A stretch of 64,000 nucleotides of DNA from Sedimentisphaerales bacterium. GTDB taxonomy: Bacteria > Planctomycetota > Phycisphaerae > Sedimentisphaerales > Anaerobacaceae. Of this stretch, positions 1 through 10,200 are shown in pieces. The notes under the pieces were generated by a model. That model searched no databases, had not been told where the DNA came from, and saw nothing but the letters and a program-made list of their open reading frames with translations. A program made the position numbers and the translations under genes. How positions within the stretch are numbered: the first letter of the stretch is position 1; each line of letters opens with the position of its first letter. The stretch is taken from NCBI GenBank assembly GCA_963708075.1, contig OY970194.1:7168001-7232000 (forward strand). Reading direction: 5' to 3'.

Positions 1-2
1 GT

Positions 3-66
3 ATTCGGTCATTTGAGCATTCGAATTTGTTTCGAATTTCGACATTCGTATTTCGTGCTTTCTGCT
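3..66. repeat. Degenerate heptamer tandem repeat (TTCGAAT/TTCGTAT-like), one arm of a short-tandem-repeat element, cut by the window edge
   Basis: Units ttcggtc, cattcga, ttcgaat, ttcgaca, ttcgtat, ttcgtgc with roughly 7-nt periodicity just downstream of the minor pilin gene. Confidence 0.6.
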
Positions 67-577
67 TCATTTTTGGCTGGTCAGCTTTACGTAATTGATG
101 TTGGCGGCGGTGTCCCACGCGCTGTAACCATTCAAGAACCCCACGCTGACGTGGATGACCCGCGGCTTCTCCGCACCCTCGGTTCTCCACCGGGTCCATG
201 TAACCCAGCGTCGCGTAGTAATGCCTGTTGTTGAGGATCGCCTCGTAATATGTGACACCGCTGGGGCTTGTGTACAGTTCGAATCCGTCGGCCGTCACGT
301 CCGGCCCGTCGACCGCCTCCTGGAACATGAGCTGGTCCGGAAACCGGTCGTTCGGGTCATAGGCATCCCACTCCGTGCTGCGCCAGCCCTCCAGGAGCAA
401 CTGCCCGACCCGCGCCGCCGTCTCGTACGCGTCGCCACGCACCGCCTGCTTCACCGCGTGATATCGCACCATCAGCGCCCCGAGGATGACAACCGTCACC
501 AGGAGGATCGAAACCGACACCTCGATCAGCGACGTGCCCGCTGCACGCATATGTCTATGATAATCAGTCGAGTTCAC
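67..577 (-). CDS. Type IV minor pilin, PilV-like (frameshift near 180)
   Basis: Manual translation from GTG 577 (GGAGG upstream) gives ...HMRAAG|TSLIEVSVSILLVTVVILGALMVRY, a class III signal with Glu5. The frame stays open to about 180. The C-terminus EGAEKPRVIHVSVGFLNG...KLTSQK* lies in the neighbouring frame (track ORF 67..258). Confidence 0.75.
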
Positions 578-589
578 GATCCGCCTCCA

Positions 590-1024
590 TCACCTGTTGT
601 CGCTCCATTGCCCGTGCTGGTCCAGGGTTTTGTCGGACCCGCCTATGCCGGCCGGCGGTGTCACTGTGATCAGATAACTGATGCTTCCGTCATCCTGGTC
701 ATAAACGACGTCGCTCACGCTGTAATTAGCCGGCTGGAAGTACTTGCCCCTCAGGTCCACCTCGTAAACGAGGTAATCCGAGAAGTCGCCGCCGGCCGGA
801 ATCCCAAGATGGCCCTGTCTGGTTGCGGCACAGTACGTGCGGATTCCAGTCGCCAGGGCGCCGGCGCCCGCCCGGCCTTCCGTCCATTTTGCAGCTTGGA
901 CACGCCGCTGCATCATGGGTGCAAGTACCGCCGCCAGAATGGCCACGATCAAAACAGTGATCGCGAGCTCAATCAGGGTGAACCCACAGGAATGTGCGGG
1001 TCTGTATATATGAGCCCGTCCCAC
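590..1024 (-). CDS. Type IV pilin (prepilin-type N-terminal cleavage/methylation protein), paralogue of the upstream pilin
   Basis: G|FTLIELAITVLIVAILAAVLAP motif; shares AKWTEGRAGAG and ITVTPPA.IGG..KTLDQ.G.WSD.R with the 1135..1536 protein. Confidence 0.92.
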   Translation of the reverse strand: MGRAHIYRPAHSCGFTLIELAITVLIVAILAAVLAPMMQRRVQAAKWTEGRAGAGALATGIRTYCAATRQGHLGIPAGGDFSDYLVYEVDLRGKYFQPANYSVSDVVYDQDDGSISYLITVTPPAGIGGSDKTLDQHGQWSDNR

Positions 1025-1076
1025 GGTTTATCCGAGCCTCCTGACCAGCGTCATCGACGTCATCTGCGCAAAGGCA

Positions 1077-1115
1077 ATCCTGTGGGGGCGACCGAAAGGG
1101 ACGCCCCCACAGGAT
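1077..1115 (-). terminator. Strong hairpin between the two pilin genes (terminator or mRNA-stabilising stem)
   Basis: 14-bp inverted repeat ATCCTGTGGGGGCG ... CGCCCCCACAGGAT about 20 nt after the stop of the upstream pilin; the U-tract is weak. Confidence 0.65.
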
Positions 1116-1134
1116 GAGTCCAAAGGGCTTCGTA

Positions 1135-1536
1135 CTAGCGCCCGTCACTCCACGTGCCGGTCTGGTCGAGAGTCTTGGCATTCCCGCCGATAGCGGCAGG
1201 CGGCGTCACCGTGATCGTATAGGTGATGGCGCCCGTGGCCGCGGTGTAGCTGACATTGCTGAGCGCGTAGTCCCCGACCGCGAAATACTTGCCGGCCAGA
1301 TCTGCGTTCTCAATGCCGATGTCAGTGAATGCGGGAGCAGCAGCCTGATCGACACCCGTCTCGGCGGCCCAGGCACGCAGTGCCGTGGCAATCGTGCCGG
1401 CGCCGGCTCTGCCTTCCGTCCACTTTGCCTCGCGGATACGTCCGGTCAGCATCGGGGCCAGAACAGCGGCCAGAATCGCGACGATCAGGATGACGACCAT
1501 CAATTCAATCAGTGTGAACCCTTTGTTGTTCCTCAT
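1135..1536 (-). CDS. pilA: Type IV major pilin (PilA-like)
   Basis: MRNNKG|FTLIELMVVILIVAILAAVLAP, a classic type IVa leader. ATG 1536 is preceded by GAAAGGG, and the gene is followed by a hairpin. Confidence 0.9.
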   Translation of the reverse strand: MRNNKGFTLIELMVVILIVAILAAVLAPMLTGRIREAKWTEGRAGAGTIATALRAWAAETGVDQAAAPAFTDIGIENADLAGKYFAVGDYALSNVSYTAATGAITYTITVTPPAAIGGNAKTLDQTGTWSDGR

Positions 1537-1804
1537 TCTTGTACCCTTTCTAAAACCAAACCCTGAAACAACTTCTTTTACTATCACCGATGGCCTTCCA
1601 TATGCCCCCCCGGCGAGACCTCCGTATCCGCCACACAACTGTCGTTGTCTACGAATCGATTCACCACCTCCCTTTCTCTCACGGCTGATCCGCGTCCGCG
1701 TCTTTTCTCGCGCTTCGCGGCACCCTCGCCTTACCCGTTGTTCTTTGCCTCTCCTATATTGACTATCTTTGCGGCCCCACGCGGAACCACGGTTTCCTCA
1801 CTCA

Positions 1805-3022
1805 TTACTGTCCGGCGGTGACATTGCCCGACATGGAGAAGATGGGCATGTACAGCGCCAGGAGGACGACAAGGACGATCCCGCCGACGAGGACAATCAT
1901 CAGCGGCTCCAGGATGCTGATCATCGCCATCACGGTGGCGTCCACCTTCTTCTCGTAGTAGGTGCTGCTCCGGTCGAGGACCTGGGGCAGTGAGCCGCTC
2001 TCTTCGCCCACCTGGATCATCTTGACCATCAGGGCGGGGAAGATCTTGTTTGCCGACATGCTCAAGGCGATGCCGACGCCCTCACTGACCTGTTCCTTGG
2101 CACGGACCAGGACGTCCCGGATGACATCGTTCTTTGTCATGTCCTGGATGATGGCGAGGGCATTGAGGACGGGGACGCCCGAGGCGAGCAGGGTGCCCAT
2201 CGTCCGGCCGTAGGTGGCCACGAAGGCATAGCGGAAGATGTTGCCGAACATGGGCAGCTTCAGCCAGAGCTTGCTGAGTTGCCTGTGGCCCGAGGCGGTG
2301 CTGTTATATGCCATGACAAGCAGGATGAACACGGTCACGCCGCCCGCCATCCAATGTACGTTGTGGATGGTGAACTTGTACACGTCCATGAAACCCTTGG
2401 TGAAGGCGGGGAGCTTGGCCCCGAAGTCGTCGAAGATGCTCATGAACCTCGGAATAATGAGGGTCATCATGGCAACGAGGACGAGAATGACGAACCCGAC
2501 GACGAAGGCGGGGTAGGCCATGGCCTTCTTCACCTTGCGTTGGAGCTCGTCCTTGCGGTCGAAGTAGTCGGCGAGGCGGCCCAGGATGTTGGTGAGCATA
2601 CCGCTGCTCTCGCCCGCCCGGATCATCGCGCAGAACAGCGGGTTGAACACCTTGGGGTACTCGCTGATGCTCTCGTAGAAGCTGACGCCTTCGCGCATCT
2701 TCTGGGAGACTTCGCGCAGGACGGTCTGGAGCTTCTGGTTGTCGACGTCCTCGACGATCGTGTCGATGGCGTCGGTGATGGTGACGCCGCCCTCGATCAT
2801 CGTGTTGAGCTGCCAGCAGAAGGAGGCCATGTCGCTGGAGCGGATGCGAAGCCGGTGCGAACCCTTGCGGGCCGCCGCCGCCAACGCCACCTCCTCCAGC
2901 GAGACCGGGGTGAAGCTGCGCTCCCGAAGCCACAGAAGGACTTCGTTGCGCGTGTCACCCTGCAGGACGCCGCTCACCTCAGCGCCTGAGACATTTCTCG
3001 CGATGTATCGAAACGTAGCCAT
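1805..3022 (-). CDS. pilC: Type IV pilus inner-membrane platform protein (PilC / T2SS F family)
   Basis: Two T2SSF repeats (MIRAGESSG, MIQVGEESGSL), AMAYP, LEPLMIV, LYMPIF. Confidence 0.95.
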   Translation of the reverse strand: MATFRYIARNVSGAEVSGVLQGDTRNEVLLWLRERSFTPVSLEEVALAAAARKGSHRLRIRSSDMASFCWQLNTMIEGGVTITDAIDTIVEDVDNQKLQTVLREVSQKMREGVSFYESISEYPKVFNPLFCAMIRAGESSGMLTNILGRLADYFDRKDELQRKVKKAMAYPAFVVGFVILVLVAMMTLIIPRFMSIFDDFGAKLPAFTKGFMDVYKFTIHNVHWMAGGVTVFILLVMAYNSTASGHRQLSKLWLKLPMFGNIFRYAFVATYGRTMGTLLASGVPVLNALAIIQDMTKNDVIRDVLVRAKEQVSEGVGIALSMSANKIFPALMVKMIQVGEESGSLPQVLDRSSTYYEKKVDATVMAMISILEPLMIVLVGGIVLVVLLALYMPIFSMSGNVTAGQ

Positions 3023-3098
3023 CGGTTTTCACCCTAGTTCCTAAAGCATACGATGAAACTCGCGGAGGGCAAAAAGCCTGCCCATCCGGTGGTCCTAT

Positions 3099-3125
3099 AC
3101 GGGCGGGTTTGAAACCCGCCCCTAC
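3099..3125 (-). repeat. GTAG-family REP palindrome
   Basis: The minus strand reads GTAGGGGCGGGTTTCAAACCCGCCCGT: a GTAG tetranucleotide plus a GC-rich hairpin directly after the pilT stop. Confidence 0.75.
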
Positions 3126-3127
3126 GC

Positions 3128-4199
3128 TCAGCCTGTCTTTTTGCCTGTCGTCGGCAAGTCCAGATAATTGTTGTCGAGCCAGTCTGGATCGATCCTTTTG
3201 GCGAGTACGAGTTCTTCGACGGCCTGATCCATGGTGAACATGCCGTGCTTGCGGCCGGTCTGGATCAGGCTCTGCACCTCGTGGATGCGCCCTGGCGGAT
3301 CAGCGAGCGAATCGCGGGGATCACGATCATCACCTCGGCGGCCAGGACCAGACCCTTCTTGCCCGCCGCCGGGATCAACTGCTGCCAGATCACCGCCGCC
3401 AGCGACGCCGATAGCTGCGAGCGCATCTGCTTCTCCTGCTCCGACGGGAACATGTCGATGAGCCGGTTGACACTGGCGATAGCGCCGCTGGTGTGCAACG
3501 TGGCGATGATCAAGTGGCCTGTTTCGGCCAGGGTCATGGCCACCTGGTGCTATCGCGGTCGCGGATTTCGCCGATAACGATCACGTCGGGGGCCTGTCGC
3601 AGAACCCGTCGCAGGGCGGCGTGGAAGCTCTCGGTGTCCAGGCCGACCTCCCGCTGCTCGATCACCGAGCGGCCATGCCGGTGCACGTATTCGATGGGGT
3701 CCTCGATGCTGACGATGTGACAGGCGCGGCTCTGGTTGATGTAGTCCACGACGGCGGCAACGGAGGTGCTCTTGCCGTGGCCGGTGGGTCCGGTGAACAG
3801 GACCAGTCCCTTACGCAGCTTGGCCAGCTCCTCGATGATCGGGGGCAGGCCCAGGTCCAGGAAGCCGGGGACCTTGTCCATGACGATACGGGCGACCATG
3901 CCGGTGGAGCCGCGCTGCTGAAAGACGTTGACGCGGAAGCGGCCGATGCCGCCCAGGTGCAGCGACAGGTCCAGCTCCTTCTCCTTGCGGAAACGCTGGA
4001 TCTGGTCCTCGTTCAGCACGGACATGGCCAGCTCATCGCTGCTGCTCGGCTCCAGCGGGGTCGTGTTGGGCACCGGGCCCACTTCGCCGTGAACCTTGAA
4101 CTGCGGGGGCTTGCCCACCGTCAGGATCAGGTCGCTGCCGCCCTTGGTGGCGGCCAACTGCCGAAGCAGCTCTTCCGTTGTCACGCTGTAGGTTCGCAT
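3128..4199 (-). CDS. pilT: Type IV pilus retraction ATPase PilT (frameshifts near 3545 and 3290)
   Basis: Walker A GPTGHGKST, IEDPIEY, EQREVG, LRQAPDVIVIGEIRD, AETGHLIIATLH and AIRSLIRQG. The third segment IHEVQSLIQTGRKHGMFTMDQ ends at TGA 3128. Confidence 0.9.
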
Positions 4200-6004
4200 G
4201 GTTCTTCCGTCAAAACCTCGGTTTCATCGTGGGGTCCTTCCGTGGAACCAGGTTCATCCTCGTCATCCTTGACAAATGCGGCCCGGACCACTTCATCAAG
4301 CGTGGTCAGTCCCCTGCAGAGCCGCCGGGTAGCGCTCTCGACCAGCCCGTCATAGTTGCGGGCCCGGGCAGTGGTCCGGATCTGGCCCTCCGTTGCGCCT
4401 TGAGCAATTGTCTCCCTGATCTCGTCGTCAACCGGCAGAAACTCGAAGATGGGCAGCCGGCCCTTGTAGCCGGTGCCACCACAGGCGCTGCAGCCCTTGG
4501 CGTCGAAGACCGTGGCGTTGGCCAGGTCCGAGGGGGAAATCCCCAGCCGGCGGACGACGTTCGGAGACAGGTCGGTGGGCTCCTTGCAGCGGTCGCAGAG
4601 CTTTCGCAGCAGGCGCTGGGCCGTCACGAGGTTGAGCGTGGAGGCCAGCAGATAGCGGTCCAGGCCCATATAGGCCAGCCGGCTGATCGTGCTGGGGGCA
4701 TCGTTCGTGTGCAGTGTTGTCAGGACCAGGTGGCCGGTCAGCGCGGCGTGGACCGCGATTTCCATCGTCTCGCGGTCGCGGATTTCGCCGATCAGGATGA
4801 TGTCCGGGTCCTGCCGCAGGATCGATCGCAGGCAGTTGGCGAACGAAAGCCCGATGTCGGCGCGGACCTGGATCTGGTTGATGCCGTTGAGCCGGTACTC
4901 GACGGGGTCCTCCACCGTGGTAATATTCTCGTGCGGGCTCTTGAGGTAGTTCAGCGCCGCATAAAGAGTTGTGCTTTTGCCGCTGCCGGTGGGTCCGGTA
5001 ACGATGATGATGCCGTGGGGTTTGGAGATGGCGTTCTTGAAGTCTCGCAGCAACTTGGGCTCGAAGCCCAGCTTGTCTATATCGTGGCTGGCCGCCTCGC
5101 GATCCAGAAGCCGCATCACGATCTTCTCGCCGTAGATGGTCGGAAGCACCGAGACGCGAACGTCGATGTCGCGGCGGGGGGCCTTGATCTTGAGCCGGCC
5201 GTCCTGCGGCAGCCGACGCTCCGCGATATCCATTCCCGACAGGATCTTTACGCGGGCGATGACAGCGCTTCGCATATGGGGTGGCGGAGGCACCATTTCC
5301 CGCAGCATGCCGTCGATACGCATGCGAATCATCATGGAGTGTTCCTGGGGCTCGATATGGATATCGCTCGCCCGGCTCTTGACGGCCTGGTTGAGCATGA
5401 GGTCCACAAATTGCACGACCGGGGCCTTGTCGGCGCCAAGCTCGCCTTCAATGTCCGGGGCGTCCACCTGATCGGCGTTGGCGTCGGCCTTGGCGTCGGG
5501 CTCCTCGGAGCCGGCCAAGCCGTCCACGAGATGGCGAATCCGTTTTTCCTGGGCATGCGAGCCATGGTAGATGACGTCGATGGCTTCCTGGATTTCGCGC
5601 TCGCTGGCCAGAGCGGGTTTGACCTCAAGGCCGAAAAACTGGCTGACGGTGTCCCGGGCCACCACGTCCAGCGGGTCGGCCATCGCCACCTGCACGGTGT
5701 CATCGGACTTGCCCAGCGCCACCACCCGAAACCGCGTGGCCAGCCGCTCCGGAAGCGAGTGCGCCACGTCCATGCTGACGCTCGTCAGATTATCGGCCGA
5801 CCATCGTTCAACGCCGAGGTAATTGGCCAGGGCCGTGGTGATCTCGGCCTCCTTGAGCAGATTCAGCCTGCCCAGGGCCTCACCGAGCCGTCCCCCGTTC
5901 TGCTTCTGGTCCGCCAGCGCCGCGGCGATCTGGAGACCGTCCAGAAGCTTGCGGCCCAGCAGCCACTCGCCAAAGCGGACGTGCTGAATCTCCGTGTTTG
6001 CCAT
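4181..6004 (-). CDS. pilB: Type IV pilus assembly ATPase PilB/GspE with N-terminal MshEN-like domain
   Basis: ASDIHIEP, DIAERRLPQDG, GPTGSGKSTTLY, LRQDPDIILIGEIRD, Zn motif CDRC...CSAC, and N-terminal RFG/RLG repeats. Confidence 0.95.
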   Translation of the reverse strand: MANTEIQHVRFGEWLLGRKLLDGLQIAAALADQKQNGGRLGEALGRLNLLKEAEITTALANYLGVERWSADNLTSVSMDVAHSLPERLATRFRVVALGKSDDTVQVAMADPLDVVARDTVSQFFGLEVKPALASEREIQEAIDVIYHGSHAQEKRIRHLVDGLAGSEEPDAKADANADQVDAPDIEGELGADKAPVVQFVDLMLNQAVKSRASDIHIEPQEHSMMIRMRIDGMLREMVPPPPHMRSAVIARVKILSGMDIAERRLPQDGRLKIKAPRRDIDVRVSVLPTIYGEKIVMRLLDREAASHDIDKLGFEPKLLRDFKNAISKPHGIIIVTGPTGSGKSTTLYAALNYLKSPHENITTVEDPVEYRLNGINQIQVRADIGLSFANCLRSILRQDPDIILIGEIRDRETMEIAVHAALTGHLVLTTLHTNDAPSTISRLAYMGLDRYLLASTLNLVTAQRLLRKLCDRCKEPTDLSPNVVRRLGISPSDLANATVFDAKGCSACGGTGYKGRLPIFEFLPVDDEIRETIAQGATEGQIRTTARARNYDGLVESATRRLCRGLTTLDEVVRAAFVKDDEDEPGSTEGPHDETEVLTEEPCEPTA

Positions 6005-6658
6005 CGTGCTACTCAAGTGACCCGCCTTACCACCGATAGGGGAAACAAAGCCGTCCCTGCCAGGTTCTTTCCCCGGGTTTCCGAGTCATCTCGTTCCATG
6101 AGATTTGCTGTTGATGAGACGCATTGCGCATCACGCCGGCCGTCACTGACGCGACAGAAGCGCCTTACCAGGGCACTCTCGAACCAAGTCGAGCAAACGC
6201 CATCCGGACTTATCCGTTCCTCTGCCAATTGTGCCTGAAACCTGTTTTCACGTAGAATGGGCAATCACAGACCTCCGAAGCGGTTCATAACGCGGGCTGG
6301 GCCTGCCGCCGCATCTGCGAAGCATATCGTCTGGAATCTCGATCAGGTCTTCGGGTAACCATTGCTCCTCCGGTCTGTCTGCGCCTACCTTTCTTGTCCC
6401 GCCGGCAAGGTTTTCACCCGGCCCGGGCCTTTGCCATAACACAGTTGCTTTTTCGACCAACACTGGCACCTCCATCGGGAATGTTGCCGTTTTTTTTGCG
6501 AAACCAGGTGTCGAGTGCGGTTTTTCTGCTCGGGATTGGCGACATTGCTCTCGATGCCGCATACTTTCACGATGGGCGCGGTCCCATAAGAAACGGTCTG
6601 ATAGCAGAAGATGGTGCGTTGCTGCGTGTGACCTTTGGCAGGCTCCTGGATCCGAAGA

Positions 6659-6758
6659 GAGATCAACAGTCAAACCTCAAAAATCAAAGTGGTGGAATCG
6701 CCTGTGGCGACGCTTCCTTACTCTTGATCTTTGAGATTTGATTCTCGATCTTCAATGC
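6659..6758. repeat. Heptamer-armed hairpin repeat element, copy A
   Basis: A TCAA-containing heptamer arm, then core GGTGGAATCGCCTGTGGCGACGCT, then a TTGA-containing arm; aligns by eye with the copies at 6911 and 15173. Confidence 0.8.
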
Positions 6759-6910
6759 AATCGGCGCGCGTACGACGCAAGAAGATGGTTTACCGACGCC
6801 GCAAGTATATTGTCTTGTTCGGTACGCAACCGCTGATGCTGGACCGCATCGCGGAGCAGATCGGCGCGTTGCTGCGCTGCTTCGAGCGGAGGGGTGATTG
6901 CCCTGGAAAA

Positions 6911-7012
6911 GAGAATCAAGGATCAAGAGTCAAAGATCAAAAGTGGCGGAATCACCTGCGGCGATGCTTTCTTGCTTTTGATCTTTGAAATTTGATTTTT
7001 GATTTTCAATGC
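6911..7012. repeat. Heptamer-armed hairpin repeat element, copy B
   Basis: Same architecture; core GGCGGAATCACCTGCGGCGATGCT followed by TTTTGATCTTTGAAATTTGATTTTTGATTTTC. Confidence 0.8.
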
Positions 7013-7266
7013 CGCACAGGTGTTCGGCGACTCGATGAAAATGCTACAGATTTTGTCGAGAAAGGCTTGAGTGCTTCCGGCGTGCGTACCGATACATTCC
7101 CTGTGAGCGGTCAAACCCTCGTGGAACGGAAATCCATCGCCACGCAACTTTCAAAGGCGCCAACTGTGTTGACCTTTCTTCCGTGCATGGATCGTGTGCC
7201 AGTCCCCGTAAGAGGCAGACCGTGACAGCGGTGATCTCAACACCTGCCGGGTTGAAGGAGTGACGC

Positions 7267-10200
7267 ATGCAGGGACCATCGAGAAGGACACTCAACGTCA
7301 TCGCCATGTTCGCAGCCATCAACGTCGCAGGTCTGGCGTGGATTCACCACGACCTGACGAGCGCTCCCATGGCGACCGTCCGCGTGCTCTCCGCTTCGCT
7401 GTCGCCAGGAGCCGACAACCCGGACCGGGTCCGGCTGGTCTTCGACCGCGACATGATTGCGGAGGCGTCAGTCGGCCGGATCGAGAAAGCCGGCATATTC
7501 GACCTCGCCCCGGCCTGGCCCGGCCAGTGGATCTGGGCCGCCCGCGACCGGATCGAGTACATCCTCGACAAACCCTTCGCATCAGGACGCGTCCTGAGAC
7601 TCCGTGCCACACAGCAGGTGAGAGAGGCCACCGGCAGGACCGTGGAGGGCACGAGTGAATTCACGCTCATCGCCTGCCCCTTGCGCCTCGTGTCGTCCGA
7701 GGTCGTGGCTTCCGACGGCAGCGACATCACTGTGCAGGTGACCTTCAACCAGCCGGTGGACCCGGGCGAGTTCCTTCGCCATGTGAGTCTCTGTGACGGC
7801 AAGACCCTTGCCGTGCTGGCTGAGCCTCAGTGCCTGACGAAAGGCCCCCAGAAGGACATGGTGATCCGCTTTGCCCGTCCCGAGTCCAATTGCTTCACGA
7901 TGGTCCTCGATGCGTCCCTGGCCGGCTATGAGGGCGATGCAGGGTTGGGCAATTCCGTTTCTATCACCCGCGAGGTCGCCCCCGGTTTTGCCCTGCTTCA
8001 CACCTATGTAGGCGCGCCCGATCTCGATGAGAGCGCCTCCGTGCGGCTGTTCTTCTCGCACGAGCTCGGCGATCAGCAAGGGCTCCAACTGGAGGTACAA
8101 CCCGCGGTGGAGGATTTCCATGTTCATCTTTCCGATAACGCCCTGATCGCAAGCGGCAAGTTCACGGCCGGCAGGCAGTACACGATCCGGGTGCCGGGAA
8201 CTCTGTTGTCCGAAGAGGGAAAGACCCTTGGCGAGGATGTGTCCGTCAGGGCGGAGTTTCCGGACTACACGCCGGCCATTGCGTTCGAACACAGCGGAGG
8301 GATCCTGTCGCCCCTGGGCACGCTCGCCGTGGATGCCAAAGGCGTCAACCTGGAGCAGGTGGCGGTACAGGTCTGGAGAGTACATGCCAACAACCTCGTG
8401 CCCCACCTGCACCAGGCAGACGTGGACCAAACGTCGCAGTCTGTGCTCGAGAAAACGATCCCCGTGAAGCTGCCCCATAATCAGCCGACGAAGCTGGTCC
8501 TGGGGCTTGAGGAACTGCTGTCCAGGCCGCTGGGGATCTACCGCGTCGAGGCGTGGTCCGCCGACCATAGGTGGACCCGCGATGAGACGATCGTCACGAT
8601 CACGGACCTTGCGATCACGGCTAAACGCCATCGCGACGGATATCTGGTCTGGGTCACATCGCTGCGAACCGCCGAACCTGTGCCGGGCGTTGTGGTCAGC
8701 GGCCTGACCTATAACAACCAGAAGGTCGCGACGGCCAAGACAGATGCGAATGGAATCGCCGAGCTGCAATTTGCCGGTCGCCGCCGGGATGGCGACATAT
8801 GGGTGATCACAGCCGCCAAAGACGGCGATCTAAGCTACCTGCAGCCGGGCGACAACCAGTGGGTGATCGACAACGTCGACCAGCGAGGCAGGCCCTATGC
8901 GGATCATTATGAGACAATACTCTATACCGACCGGGGCGTCTATCGACCCGGAGAGACCGTCCACCTCACGGGAGTCATTCGAGACACAACGGGAGCCATC
9001 GCCTCGCATTTTCCGCTATCTATTAAGATATACCGACCCGATGGCCGCCGGGTGTCTGATTTGACCGTCAGCCGTCGTGGAAAGGACCAGGGAATATTTC
9101 ATACAAGCTTCACTCCGTCCGCCGAAGCCCAGACCGGACCTTACCAGTTCTGTGTCACGCTGCCCGGCTCGGACGATGTGCTCGGTTCGACAAGCGCGCT
9201 TGTGGAGGCCTTTGTGCCTGTGCGGATGGAAGTGACGGCGGCGCCGTCCGGCGAGCGATTCGGCCCCAACACGCCGCCCGTCGTGAAGATCGCCGGCCGA
9301 TATCTTTGGGATCAACCCGCTGCGGATTTACCCGTGAAGATCGAAGGCACCTTGTGGCCAGCCGCCTTTGAATCGAAGGCCCACCCCGACTTCCAGTTTG
9401 GGTCGAATCATCGCCAGGCTCCTATTCTAATGCCGGCGGCCGACAGCCAATTGGATGGGCAAGGCGAGTGCGAGGTACAGGTGAAGCTGCCGGAGAACCT
9501 GAAAGCGGGACTGTATGCCATGCGACTATCCGCCACCGTCACTGAGCCGGGCGGTCGATCCGTCTCGTCCAACACTTCGGCGACTCTGGACCTGCTGGAC
9601 ACTCATGTCGGACTTCGTCTGGCAAAGGGACAGGTAATCCCGGTGGACGAGACGATCCCGGTGGACTGGATACTCCGGACCGGCCGGGACCAGCCCGCGA
9701 CTTCCGCCGGGATGACCGTGCAACTGATGCGAGTCGAGTACGACACGGCTTTGAAGAAGGTCGATGGCAGGTATGTCTGGCAGTCTGTGGAGAAGACGCA
9801 GAAGGTGGGGGAGGATCGGACGATCGCGCCGGCTGATGCCCAAGGCTCATTCGAGATCGCCTGCCCGGATTCAGGCATGTACCGCATAGTGGCAACCGAC
9901 GCTCGCAGCGACAGTTCCACATGCCTGGAGTTCTACGCTTCCCGCGAGAGCAACGGGATCCAGAGTCTGGCGATGAACCAGCCGGAGCGTGTGGAGATCA
10001 TCACCGATAAGAAGAAGTACCTGCCGGGGGAGAAAGCGAAAGTTCTTTTGCGCAGTTCCGTCCCGGGCACCGTTCTTCTGACAGTTGAGACGGATAGTGT
10101 CATTGCTCATCACGCTGCGAAGATTGCGGAGAACACGTGCGAGCTTGAGGTTCCCTTGCCTTCGGACCTTCGCGGCAGCGCCTTCCTCACGGCCACGGTT

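Noticed and set aside
1066..1115. c-di-GMP-I riboswitch-like words (GGCAA...GAAA...GGGACGC)
   Set aside because: They lie antisense to the pilin genes, lack the second stem, and are fully explained by a simple inverted repeat.
1135..1536. Electrically conductive (e-)pilin
   Set aside because: A full-length pilin of about 127 mature residues, not the truncated Geobacter type; aromatic density is not strikingly high.
4178..6238. 686-aa plus-strand ORF and other long antisense ORFs (e.g. 31662..33569, 40829..42745, 47607..49487)
   Set aside because: Shadow frames opposite well-supported genes in high-GC DNA; no recognisable motifs.
6248..6673. Minus-strand ORFs upstream of pilB
   Set aside because: No RBS, atypical composition and overlap with the repeat element; probably promoter or non-coding DNA.
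6659..7012. CRISPR array
   Set aside because: Only two adjacent copies, each about 100 bp and degenerate, with a 150-bp spacer and no cas genes.
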